NCBI RefSeq assembly: GCF_000008625.1
Contig: NC_000918.1
Coordinates: 150,001-182,000 of the forward strand
DNA: 32,000 nucleotides
From: Aquifex aeolicus VF5
Lineage (GTDB): Bacteria > Aquificota > Aquificia > Aquificales > Aquificaceae
Reading direction: 5' to 3'
Under the pieces are notes generated by a model that did no database searches, was not told the origin of the DNA, and was given only the letters and a program-made list of their open reading frames with translations. The position numbers and the translations under genes are program-made. Positions 18,491 through 28,299 of this stretch are shown here, one piece after another (the stretch's first letter is position 1; each line of letters begins with the position of its first letter).

Positions 18491-18860
18491 ATGGAAACTA
18501 AGAGTTCTCCTGTGATACTCAACGGTAAGGAGTACTACTGTCCCGTTGAGCTAGTCATAGATCTTATAAGCGGTAAGTGGAAGCTATTAATACTGAAAGA
18601 GCTTATGTCCGGCACTAAGAGGTTCTCTCAACTTCAAAGAGCTATACCCGGAATCACCCAAAAAAAAAATGCTTACCAAACAATTGAGAGAACTGGAAAA
18701 AGCGGGTCTTGTTCGTAGAAAAGTCTATCCGGAAATTCCGCCGAGAGTGGAATATAGTTTAACAGAGCTCGGTAAAAGTCTTGAAGAAATATTCAACGCC
18801 ATGCACCGTTGGGGTGAAAGGTATATGAAGAGTATGAAAAACGAAACAAAGGAATTATAA
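18491..18860 (+). CDS. HxlR-family winged-helix transcriptional regulator, split by an apparent frameshift at an A10 tract
   Basis: First part METKSSPVILNGKEYYCPVELVIDLISGKWKLLILKELMSGTKRFSQLQRAIPGITQK... continues in another frame as MLTKQLRELEKAGLVRRKVYPEIPPRVEYSLTELGKSLEEIFNAMHRWGERYM; A10 run at 18660-18669. Confidence 0.88.
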
Positions 18861-18874
18861 TTATTTATCTGGTA

Positions 18875-18966
18875 GGAAGGGTGGCCGAGCGGTCGAAGGC
18901 GCGGCGCTGGAAACGCCGTGTACCCCGTTTGGGGTACCGAGGGTTCGAATCCCTCCCCTTCCGCCA
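18875..18966 (+). tRNA. tRNA-Ser, anticodon GGA
   Basis: Acceptor GGAAGGG...CCCTTCC G CCA; anticodon arm CGGCG-CTGGAAA-CGCCG; long variable arm GTACCCCGTTTGGGGTAC; T-arm GAGGG-TTCGAAT-CCCTC; encoded CCA. Confidence 0.95.
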
Positions 18967-18974
18967 TTCCCGCT

Positions 18975-19889
18975 ATGAAAATCAGGATTGGAACTAGGAA
19001 GAGTAAACTCGCCCTGTGGCAGGCGAATTACGTAAAAGATTTCTTAGAAAAACACTGGGGTGTTGAAGTAGAACTCGTAAAGATAACAACAACGGGAGAC
19101 AAAATTACCGATGTTCCCCTTGCAAAAATAGGAGGAAAAGGACTTTTTGTTAAGGAGATAGAAAAAGCGTTGCTCGAGGGTAGTATAGACCTTGCGGTCC
19201 ACTCCTTGAAGGACGTCCCTATGGTTATACCCAAAGGTCTGAAACTCGGAGCTATAACAAAGAGGGAAAACCCCTACGACGTTTTAATATCGCGAAGCGG
19301 AAAGAAACTTTATGAACTTCCCTCGGGTTCTGTTATAGGTACTTCTTCTCTAAGGAGACAGGTTCAGATAAAGAAAAGGAGAAGGGATTTAAAGGTAGAA
19401 GTCCTAAGGGGAAACGTGGACACTAGAATGAGGAAACTGAAGGAAGGACTCTACGACGCAGTAATCCTAGCATACGCAGGTGTAAAGAGGATGGGTTACG
19501 AAAGTGAGATAACGGAAGTGCTTGAAGACTTCATCCCTGCGGTAGGACAGGGCTCTCTCGCAATAGAAATCAGAGAAGGAGATAAAAGGATAGAGGAGTT
19601 AATAAAACCTCTAAACAACGAGGAGAGTTTTCTCTGCGCAATTGCGGAAAGGACGTTCTTAAGGAGGCTTGAGGGAGGATGTCAGGTTCCCGTGGGAGCC
19701 TTTGCTAAGATAGAAAACGGAACTCTTAAGATGAAAGCCTTTATATCTGACATTGAGGCTGAAAGGTATATAGAAGGGTATAGAGAAGGAAATCCCGAGG
19801 AGGCAGAAAAACTGGGACTTTCACTTGCAGAAGAACTCTTGAAAAAAGGCGGGGAGGAAATATTGAAGGAAATATACTCTTCCCAATGA
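18975..19889 (+). CDS. hemC: Porphobilinogen deaminase (hydroxymethylbilane synthase)
   Basis: [20 protein letters not shown]...VHSLKDVPM...[15 protein letters not shown]...[11 protein letters not shown]. True start is 18975; the ORF-track start at 18918 would lie within the tRNA. Confidence 0.96.
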
Positions 19890-20539
19890 GGTTTTTAGGC
19901 TTTGGAATTTTCTCTCCCGAAGAGAATATGAAAATAGACGAAGAATTACAGATTAAACTTGAAAATGGAGAAATTGAACCCTGTTTTCGCCTTTATAAAT
20001 GGAAAGGAGTATGCGTAAGTCTCGGGAGAAATCAGGAAGAAAAGGAATTTCCAGTAAAAGTAGTGAGGAGACCGACGGGTGGGGGAGCACTTTTACACGG
20101 CTGGGATTTGAGTTTTTGTATAGTGGACTACAAAAATGGGAGAAATTTTATGAGATTTTACAGGGAAGTATCAAAAATGTTTTACAATATATTTAAAGAA
20201 TTCGGTGTAAATTTAAAGTTTGAAAGGAATAAATCTTATAGTCTTCAAACCTATTACTGTTACTTTTTCCCAACTTTTGGGGAGCTTAAAACCGAAGAGG
20301 GAAAGAAGGTAGTGGCTATTGCTATGAGGGAATTGAAAAACACATTTTTACTTCACGGAAGTGTTTACGTGGATTTTGATTACAATTATGCCTCGAAGAT
20401 ATTAAATGTCAAGGAAGAAGAACTCAGGAAAAGAGTTACTACGCTTAAAGAGTTAGGAATATCCGAAGAGGACTTTAAAACACTACTCTGTTCTTACCTG
20501 TCCTCTTTGCGAGGTAGAGCTTTTCATCCGCACACTTGA
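19886..20539 (+). CDS. Lipoate-protein ligase A-like (BPL/LPL domain) protein
   Basis: [42 protein letters not shown]; ATGA overlap with hemC. Confidence 0.8.
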
Positions 20540-21491
20540 TGTATTCTTCTGGAGATTTTAAGCCGTTGTATACATCCGAGCACACGCCCACGCTTATCGT
20601 TACCCTTATCTCCTTTCCCTGCCAGCATATAGGAGTATTTTCCACTTCTTTTCTGATTTTTTCTAAAATCCTCACTGCATCCTTTAATTCCGTCGAAGGC
20701 ATGAGTATTAAAAATTCTTCACCGCCGTACCTGAATACGTAATCGGATCTTCTAAGGTTCTTCTTAATAATCTTTGCCACTTCTTTTAAAACCTTATCTC
20801 CAAATAAGTGCCCGTATGTGTCGTTTATCTTTTTGAAGTTATCTATATCAACCATCGCTATTGAGAAGGGGGTCTCTGTGTATAGAGAAAGTTCTAGGAC
20901 GTCTCTCAGTATGTAGGGTAAAACTCTTCTGTTTAGGAGACCCGTAAGCGGGTCAACTTTTAGCGCTTTTGAGAAAGACCTTATCTGCTTCAGTGAAAGA
21001 AGGGAAATTGCCCTGTAAACGTTTTTCATGTACTCGGAGTAGTAAAGAAGTGCATTTATGAAGTCTTCTTTTTCCACGTTTTCTATTAATTTTGCCTTTA
21101 AGTCCTTCAGAAGGTTTAACGTATCCCTCAAAACTTTCTTGTATCTAATTCTTTTTCCTGATAAGGAAATATACGCATCCCTTTTTTCAAGATTTGTCAA
21201 ATCGTTTAAGCGGTTCCTGATTTTCTTTAAGAACTTGAGTTCCCTTCTGAGGAACTTGATATCCTCCTTTTTCTCCGATACCCTTTCGAGTTCTCTGATA
21301 AGAATATTACTAAGTATGTTTATGTCCTTTGAAATTTCCAGCTCGAGGAATTCCTTGGAAATCTCGTTCAGAATCTCCAGAGCTTCTCTCTCGTCTTTTT
21401 CTTTCAGTTTCTTCCAGATGTCGTAAAGGGTACTTCTCTCGAGTTTCCACCTGAGTTCGTCCGTTAAGATGTCGTAATACTTCCTCTCCAT
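20475..21491 (-). CDS. Diguanylate cyclase (GGDEF domain; GGEEF active site)
   Basis: [78 protein letters not shown]. Confidence 0.93.
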   Translation of the reverse strand: MERKYYDILTDELRWKLERSTLYDIWKKLKEKDEREALEILNEISKEFLELEISKDINILSNILIRELERVSEKKEDIKFLRRELKFLKKIRNRLNDLTNLEKRDAYISLSGKRIRYKKVLRDTLNLLKDLKAKLIENVEKEDFINALLYYSEYMKNVYRAISLLSLKQIRSFSKALKVDPLTGLLNRRVLPYILRDVLELSLYTETPFSIAMVDIDNFKKINDTYGHLFGDKVLKEVAKIIKKNLRRSDYVFRYGGEEFLILMPSTELKDAVRILEKIRKEVENTPICWQGKEIRVTISVGVCSDVYNGLKSPEEYIKCADEKLYLAKRTGKNRVVF

Positions 21492-21595
21492 TTATTTTCC
21501 CTACTTTAAATATAATCATTATCAGGAGTAATCTTATGGATGTATTATGATAAAAATCAATAAGTAATTAATTACTTTCATAGAGGTAAAAAAGG

Positions 21596-22732
21596 ATGTT
21601 TTACGTGTCTAAGGTGACGCCCTTCTTTTTTGCTCTTGCCTTGTTGAATTTATTAATTTCTCTATTCATAAGACTCTCTCAGGATACTTCCCTTTTCTTC
21701 GTGAGCCTCGTCTTCGGATTTGTAGGACTAACCTTAATGGGAGCTATGTACCAGATAATCCCGAATTCCCAAAACAGAAAACTTTCAATACCCAAAGTCT
21801 CTTATCTCGTTTTCTTCCTTATTCTCGTTTCCTTCTACGAGTTTTACACGGGCAATACGGAAAGCGGTTCCCTTTTCCTGTTTCTGGGAAGTTTAATCTT
21901 TTTCTTTCACCTGCTTTTAAACGTTAAAAACTTCTATCCCTTAACCGTAAGGTTTTTACTCGCCTCTATGATTTACCTGGTTCTTTCAGCCCTTTTCCTT
22001 TACCTGCATTTTAAAGGCTTTTTACCCGTTCAACTCTCCGTTCATACCCTAACCGTAGGTTCTATGCTGAACGCCATTTACGGGGTGGAACTTGCCTGGA
22101 TACCTATGCTCATTATGGAAACTCTGAACATAAGAAAGGGAGAAAAACTCTTTACGGCAAAACAGGTGAGCACTTTAGCTCTACTTCTCGCCTTCTGGAG
22201 TATGAATTACAAATTAATCGCTTTAGCGGGACTCTTGGAGTTTGGTGTAGCGCTTTACTTTCTTTATCTGAATTACGAGCTATTCAAGAGGAAAAGAATG
22301 CCGACACCTCCTCCAAACGTTGTGAAGATATTCCTATTTGCCCTCTTATTCCTGCCTTTGGGAATGCTTCTGGGTATCTTTTCCGCATCGCACGCTCAAG
22401 CCCTTCCTTTTTCTTTACGTTTGCACCTTGACTTAATCCTTTACGGTTTCGGAGCCTTTACTATTTTCGGGGGAATGCTTCACCTCCTTCCGAGGATAGT
22501 CTGGAACTGGAAGGTTCAGGAAAAGGAAAACCCAGGGTTTACCATGGGCGATCTGGTGAACGAAAGGGAATTACAAACTTTCTTGGAATACTCAGCCCTC
22601 CTTTACGCCTTATTTTTGGCTGTTGATTCCCTTTTTTCTCCGCTTCACGTCATTTCCACAGTAGTTTACCTCGTGATAATGGCTCTATTCCTGAAGGAAA
22701 TACACAAGGCTTTCCTTTACATCTTTAAGTGA
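21596..22732 (+). CDS. Polytopic membrane protein, NnrS / heme-copper oxidase subunit I-like
   Basis: About 12 hydrophobic helices with in-helix histidines (FLPVQLSVHTLTVGSMLNAIYGV; LHLDLILYGFGAFTIFGGMLHLLPRIVWNW). Confidence 0.65.
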   Translation: MFYVSKVTPFFFALALLNLLISLFIRLSQDTSLFFVSLVFGFVGLTLMGAMYQIIPNSQNRKLSIPKVSYLVFFLILVSFYEFYTGNTESGSLFLFLGSLIFFFHLLLNVKNFYPLTVRFLLASMIYLVLSALFLYLHFKGFLPVQLSVHTLTVGSMLNAIYGVELAWIPMLIMETLNIRKGEKLFTAKQVSTLALLLAFWSMNYKLIALAGLLEFGVALYFLYLNYELFKRKRMPTPPPNVVKIFLFALLFLPLGMLLGIFSASHAQALPFSLRLHLDLILYGFGAFTIFGGMLHLLPRIVWNWKVQEKENPGFTMGDLVNERELQTFLEYSALLYALFLAVDSLFSPLHVISTVVYLVIMALFLKEIHKAFLYIFK

Positions 22733-22847
22733 TTTCCCTCCCTATTTTACTTATTTCATGAGCATAAAATAATTTTATGGAGGTTATTAGATACTTTCGG
22801 GTTTACGCAAGAGAAAAGTTCGGCACAATGGTCTGGATAACTCACAA

Positions 22848-23318
22848 ATGGAAAAAGTAAATTATGAGTTACATTATATTATTATGATATTTTCTGATAC
22901 AGTCAGGTACGCTCTTATAGCCTTGGCTTACTTGGCCTTGAACAGGGACAGGTTAGTAAAGGTTGAAGAGATAGCAAAAGTGCACAAGATACCACGTCCC
23001 TTTCTTGCAAAGGTCATGCACGAGCTCTCGAAAAGGGGAGTTGTTTACTCGGTAAAGGGACCAAGGGGCGGCTTTTCACTTGCAAAGGAACCTGACAAAA
23101 TCACTATATGGGACATTATAGAACTCTTCGGGGATGCGTATAAATACGAGATGTGCTTGCTCATGCCTCACAAGTGTAGTGAGTTTGCCGATAACCCGTG
23201 CATAGTCCACCACAAGTGGGAAGAACTAAAGTCACAAATACAGGACTTCTTTAAGGGGACAACTATCAAGGATCTCATCAACATAGAAGAAAAGCACCTT
23301 TTCCCCGTTTCCCGTTAA
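22848..23318 (+). CDS. Rrf2-family transcriptional regulator with three cysteines (start may be 22884)
   Basis: MIFSDTVRYALIALAYLALNRDRLVKVEEIAKVHKIPRPFLAKVMHELSKRGVVYSVKGPRGGFSLAK; C-x6-C-x7-C in MCLLMPHKCSEFADNPCIVHHKW. Confidence 0.93.
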   Translation: MEKVNYELHYIIMIFSDTVRYALIALAYLALNRDRLVKVEEIAKVHKIPRPFLAKVMHELSKRGVVYSVKGPRGGFSLAKEPDKITIWDIIELFGDAYKYEMCLLMPHKCSEFADNPCIVHHKWEELKSQIQDFFKGTTIKDLINIEEKHLFPVSR

Positions 23319-23337
23319 AAAGTATAGAATCAGGAGT

Positions 23338-23826
23338 TTACTCTTCCTTATACTCCGCCTTAGATGTAGCCGTTTCCCAGAGAACTACCTTAACTACCTT
23401 TACCTCCCCCAGTAGTCCCGCTTCTTCAAGTCTTTTCTTAAGAAAGTCATAAAAGAACTTTGCAAGGGCTTCAGCGGTGGGACAAAACTCCACTGGAAAT
23501 ATCTTCATTGCTCCGTACTTTTCTGCAACATCTTTTAATTCAGGGTACATAGGGTCGTTTACGTCTATGATAAAACTGTGGTCTATCTCCTCTATTAAAC
23601 CCTTGAGGGCGTTCTTTACGTGGTAAAAGTCCATTACCATGTCCTGCTCGCTTAAGGTGTCAGAACCCACAGTAACTTCCAGCACATAACTGTGGCCGTG
23701 GAGGTTTACGCATTTGTTAACAGGTTTTTCCTTCGTAAATTGAGCACCTCTTCCATATGTGAGGTTCTGCTTCCACACCCTGTGTCCCGCTTCAAACCTG
23801 AAGGTTTTGCTTATTTCCCACTTCAT
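23338..23826 (-). CDS. queD: 6-carboxytetrahydropterin synthase / 6-pyruvoyl-tetrahydropterin synthase family
   Basis: FRFEAGHRVW...CVNLHGHSYVLEVTV...MVMDFYHVKNALKGLIEEIDHSFI...FPVEFCPTAEALAKFFYDFL. Confidence 0.85.
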   Translation of the reverse strand: MKWEISKTFRFEAGHRVWKQNLTYGRGAQFTKEKPVNKCVNLHGHSYVLEVTVGSDTLSEQDMVMDFYHVKNALKGLIEEIDHSFIIDVNDPMYPELKDVAEKYGAMKIFPVEFCPTAEALAKFFYDFLKKRLEEAGLLGEVKVVKVVLWETATSKAEYKEE

Positions 23827-23859
23827 GATATCTTAAAAAGATTATAAGGAGGTTTCGTA

Positions 23860-24678
23860 TTGTTTCCCGAAGTTATATCAGTTTTCGGACTGAAAATCAG
23901 CCTCTACGGAATTTTAGTAGCCTTGGGCGTTCTGGTGGGATACTTCTTAGTTCTAAAGCTAGCAAAAAGGGAAGGTCTCAATACCAAAGCGGTTGAAAAC
24001 ACCTTCATGATAGCGGTTCTCTTTGGAGTTATCGGAGCAAGAATTGCGTACATATTAGAGCACCCCTACGAGTTTCACTCCTTAGTGGACTTCCTCGCCT
24101 TGTGGAAGGGTGGCGTTTCCTTTTACGGAGGACTTATCGGTGGAATAATCGGGGCTTTAATAGGAATTAAGGTATTTAACCTACCTCTCTGGAAATCCGC
24201 GGACATAGCCGCTCCCGCGATAGCCTTGGCACACTTTTTCGGAAGGCTCGGGTGCACTTCCGCCGGTTGTTGCTACGGAAAACCCTTTCCTTACGCCACG
24301 AGCAACGAAGTAGGCATTCACTTTTCGGATAAATTTCCCTTCTTTTACGTAGTTTTCCCGAAAGGTGCGGTAGCACCTCCCTTTACTCCACTCTACCCAA
24401 CCCAGCTCATGGAAGCCTTCGGGAACCTTCTTATTTTCTTCGTCCTGCTTTTTGCCTACAGATACAAACCCTTCAGCGGTTTCGTGTTTTCCCTGTACCT
24501 TATGCTCTACGGATTTGAAAGGTTTTTCTTAGAATTCTTCAGGGGAGTAACCCCTCCCATTCCGGGCATAGGGCTTACGTGGAATCAGGTCGTTTCACTT
24601 GTATTAATCGCAGGCTCTATACTTCTTATGTTCCTCCTCAAGAACCAGAAAAGTAATGTGGTAGACTATGAAGTATGA
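23860..24678 (+). CDS. lgt: Prolipoprotein diacylglyceryl transferase
   Basis: [51 protein letters not shown]. Confidence 0.95.
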
Positions 24679-25886
24679 AAATAGCTTTCTTGAGACCCGG
24701 TAAAATAGGCACTCCCGCGAACCATGTTTACGCACTCCTTGATTACTTAAGGGAAAAGGGTGCGGAAATAAGAGAGTACGACCTGAAAGAAAGAGACGTT
24801 AACGATGTTGTAAAAGAAATTGAAGAGTGGAAGCCTCTATTCTTGATGGACGTAAACGCCACGGGTGTGATAGTTGCTGAAAGGGATGGTAAGAAGCACA
24901 TACTTGCGGATATCCTCGGTATAGTGCACGTGAGTGTGTTTTTCGAAGACCCTCTTCTCTTCTTCCCGGCCTTTGAAGGAGTGGAAAAGCCCCAGAACTA
25001 CATAGCGTTTATAACCGAGTTAAAACACACGGACAGTTTAACAGCCCTCGGTATACAGAACATAAGCTACATATCACCATTCGTGGATTTAAAACAATTT
25101 CCCGAATCCGAAGGGGAGAAGGATATAGAAATAGCTTTCGTGGGACCGGTTGTTGATCCCCAGATAATACTAAACTCCGTTTCCCAGAACTACCCTCAGG
25201 AGATTATGCCCTTCTTTATTGAAACCGGAGAGTTTATGTTCAGAAACCCTGAAGTTCACATCCTGACTGCGTTTAATTACGTCTTCGGGCTCTTTAATCC
25301 CCAGATGCAGGAACAGTTCAACAAGTGGAGAGAACAGAATCCCTCAGCTTTCATGAGGTTTCTAAACGACATAACCGCTTACACCACTATGAGGAGAAGG
25401 ATGTACCTCCTTCACTTTTTAGACGGTATGGATGTAAAGATCCTCGGTGATTATCAGGGCAACCTCTTTGAAAACCACGAAGCCATAAAGGTAAGTTCCT
25501 ACGAGCAACTCCTTAAGTACTACTCACGTTCAAACATAACCGTTTACGTGTCGCCTCAAACCTATCCAACGGGACTCAGCGTTATTCCCTTAGAAATCCT
25601 GTACATGGGAAGCCTTCCCTTAATAGACTTCAAAGGGGCTATCCCAGGCTTTTTAAAACCCGGTGAGGAGATAGAAACCTTTGCACCTCTCGACAGGGCT
25701 GATCTAGAAGAGAAAATCGTTTTCTACATAGAGGAGAACAGGGAAGGTATAAACGAAATAGTTCAAAGGGGTAAGAAGGCGGTTCAGGAAAGGTTCACCG
25801 TAAAAGACAGAGGGGAGTTCGTATACAACGTACTTTCGGATGTTAAGAGACAGTACGAAGCGGCGCAAAAGGGACAGGTCAATTAA
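24675..25886 (+). CDS. Glycosyltransferase-like protein (CgeB/DUF3880-like)
   Basis: [30 protein letters not shown]-terminal fold; C-terminal [55 protein letters not shown]...[11 protein letters not shown] similar to glycosyl transferase 1_2 ends; overlaps lgt by 4 nt. Confidence 0.65.
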
Positions 25887-26328
25887 ATTTCTTTAAGAAT
25901 TCCTTTATAAACTTAAGGTTTTCCCTTTTTATCCCTTCCCTCTTTAATAACTCTTCTTCGTTTTCTATCAATTCCGTGGCTTTCTCCAGAGCTTTGTGAG
26001 GTTTGTCTTCAGGTTTGAGAATTCCTAAGGAGTAAAATCCGTAAAGAACCTTTACAGCGTCTTCCATAATCCCTTCCATCATGGAGTCAAAGTTGTACTT
26101 CCTGTAAACTTCCTTTCTCCTTTCCTGAGGCAGTTTTAAAAGTTCTCTCGCAAAGGCAAATATCTTTACCCATGTTTTTAAGGTGTTTTCCCACTCTTCT
26201 TTAGGTAGTCCTTCGAGTTCTATGTTTATGAAATTCAAGGTGTACTTTGCCACGTACTCCTTTGCCTCTTCTAAGCTCCTGAAGGGAAGTTCATCTCTCT
26301 TTAAAAAGGTGCTCAAATCAAGCTTCAC
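25879..26328 (-). CDS. Hypothetical protein, helical
   Basis: 149-aa ORF with reasonable composition; no family recognised. Confidence 0.6.
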   Translation of the reverse strand: MKLDLSTFLKRDELPFRSLEEAKEYVAKYTLNFINIELEGLPKEEWENTLKTWVKIFAFARELLKLPQERRKEVYRKYNFDSMMEGIMEDAVKVLYGFYSLGILKPEDKPHKALEKATELIENEEELLKREGIKRENLKFIKEFLKKFN

Positions 26329-26408
26329 CTTTCTCCTCCTTTATTTAAGATAAGTGTAACTCTTACATACTGATATAATCTTCTAAAAACTTTAAAGGAG
26401 GTAGCGGA

Positions 26409-27572
26409 GTGTTTGAGTTTTCGGACAGGTTAAAGGTTCTCCCGCCTTACCTTTTTGCAGAACTCGATAGGAAGAAACAGGAGAAGATAGAACAGGGTGT
26501 GGACGTTATAGACCTCGGTGTGGGAGACCCGGACATGCCCACACCAAAACCCATAGTTGAAGCTGCAAAAAAAGCCTTAGAAAATCCTGAAAATCACAAG
26601 TACCCTTCTTACGTAGGGAAGTACGAGTTCAGGAAGGCGGTTGCAGACTGGTACAAGAGAAGGTTTGACGTTGATCTTGATCCAAACACCGAAGTTATAA
26701 CCCTTATCGGTTCAAAGGAAGGGATAGCACACTTTCCCTTAGCCTTCGTAAATCCCGGAGACATAGTTCTCTGTCCAGACCCTGCGTATCCCGTTTACAG
26801 AATTGGAGCAATATTTGCCGGAGGAACTCCATACACGGTTCCCTTAAAAGAAGAGAACAACTTCCTCCCCGACCTTGATTCAATTCCAGAAGACGTGGCG
26901 AAAAAGGCAAAGATTATATGGATTAATTACCCTAATAACCCCACTTCCGCACCACCTACCCTTGAGTTTTACAAAAAACTCGTTGACTGGGCTAAGGAGT
27001 ACAACGTTATAATAGCCTCCGACAACGCTTACTCCGAGATTTATACGGGACAGGAAAAGCCCCCTTCCATACTCCAAGTTCCCGGAGCCAAAGACGTAGC
27101 CATAGAGTTTCACTCCCTCTCCAAAACTTACAATATGACGGGATGGCGTATAGGCATGGCTGTAGGGAATAAGGAACTCGTTGCGGGATTAGGAAAGGTA
27201 AAAACGAACGTGGACAGCGGTCAGTTCGGAGCTGTTCAGGATGCGGGAATAGTAGCCCTGAACCTGCCCGAAGAAGAGGTGGAAAAGATAAGGGACGTTT
27301 ACAGGGAAAGAAAGAAGATAATGACGGAAGCCCTTGAAAAGATAGGACTCGAGATTTACAGGAGCGATTACACCTTCTACCTCTGGATAAAAGTACCGGA
27401 AGGATACACTTCCGCAGAGTTCGTGGGAAGACTCATAGACGAGGCGGGTATAGTTTGCACCCCCGGAAACGGTTTCGGAGAGTACGGAGAGGGTTATTTT
27501 AGGATTTCCTTAACAGTTCCCACCGAGAGACTCCTTGAGGCTGCGGAAAGAATTAAAAATTTAAAACTGTAA
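26409..27572 (+). CDS. dapL: LL-diaminopimelate aminotransferase (class I aminotransferase; GTG start)
   Basis: DVIDLGVGDPDMPTP...INYPNNPTSA...SLSKTYNMTGWRIGMAVGN. Confidence 0.93.
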   Translation: MFEFSDRLKVLPPYLFAELDRKKQEKIEQGVDVIDLGVGDPDMPTPKPIVEAAKKALENPENHKYPSYVGKYEFRKAVADWYKRRFDVDLDPNTEVITLIGSKEGIAHFPLAFVNPGDIVLCPDPAYPVYRIGAIFAGGTPYTVPLKEENNFLPDLDSIPEDVAKKAKIIWINYPNNPTSAPPTLEFYKKLVDWAKEYNVIIASDNAYSEIYTGQEKPPSILQVPGAKDVAIEFHSLSKTYNMTGWRIGMAVGNKELVAGLGKVKTNVDSGQFGAVQDAGIVALNLPEEEVEKIRDVYRERKKIMTEALEKIGLEIYRSDYTFYLWIKVPEGYTSAEFVGRLIDEAGIVCTPGNGFGEYGEGYFRISLTVPTERLLEAAERIKNLKL

Positions 27573-27612
27573 TCTCCCTTTCTCCTTTTCCTTTCTTTTA
27601 AGATTAAATCTT

Positions 27613-28299
27613 ATGAACGCCTGTGAGAGGTTATCCCGCGTCCTTGAGAGAATTCAGAAAGCCTGCGAGAGAGCGGGAAGGGGTGAGAACTGTGCGAAAC
27701 TTCTAGGAGCTTCTAAGACCGTACCTCCAGAAGTTATAAGGGAGTTTTATAACTGCGGACTGAAGGTTTACGGAGAAAACAGGGTTCAGGAGTTCCTCAA
27801 AAAGTATGAAGCCCTAAAAGATTTAGACTTAGAGTGGCACTTCATAGGGAGACTCCAGACGAATAAAGTGAAGTACCTTATGGGTAAAGTCGTCTTAATC
27901 CACTCCCTTGACAGGAAGAACCTCGCGGACGAAATACAAAAAAGAGCCTTTAAAAACAACATAGTTCAGGACGTTTTAATAGAGGTAAACGTGGGAGGCG
28001 AAGAAACGAAGGGAGGAGTAGAGCCCGAGAACTTAAAGGAACTCTTTGAGTACACTTTAGAACTTCCCAATGTAAAGGTTCTCGGACTCATGACCATACC
28101 TCCGTATCTTGAAAATCCCGAAGATGTCAGACCTTACTTCAGAAAACTCAGGGAACTGAGGGACGAGCTCCAAAGGGAGTACAACGTTGCACTTCCTCAC
28201 CTCTCCATGGGAATGTCCCACGACTTTGAGGTTGCGATTGAAGAGGGTGCAACTATCGTGAGAATAGGCACTTTGCTCTTCGGGGAGAGGAAGTATTGA
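27613..28299 (+). CDS. YggS/PROSC-family pyridoxal-phosphate homeostasis protein
   Basis: KLLGASKTVPPEVIREFYNCGLKVYGENRVQEFLKK...WHFIGRLQTNKVKYL...LSMGMSHDFEVAIEEGATIVRIGTLLFGER. Confidence 0.95.
   Translation: MNACERLSRVLERIQKACERAGRGENCAKLLGASKTVPPEVIREFYNCGLKVYGENRVQEFLKKYEALKDLDLEWHFIGRLQTNKVKYLMGKVVLIHSLDRKNLADEIQKRAFKNNIVQDVLIEVNVGGEETKGGVEPENLKELFEYTLELPNVKVLGLMTIPPYLENPEDVRPYFRKLRELRDELQREYNVALPHLSMGMSHDFEVAIEEGATIVRIGTLLFGERKY

Noticed and set aside
18918-18974. N-terminal extension of hemC in the ORF track
   Set aside because: It lies inside tRNA-Ser and the spacer; HemC homology begins at [16 protein letters not shown] (18975).
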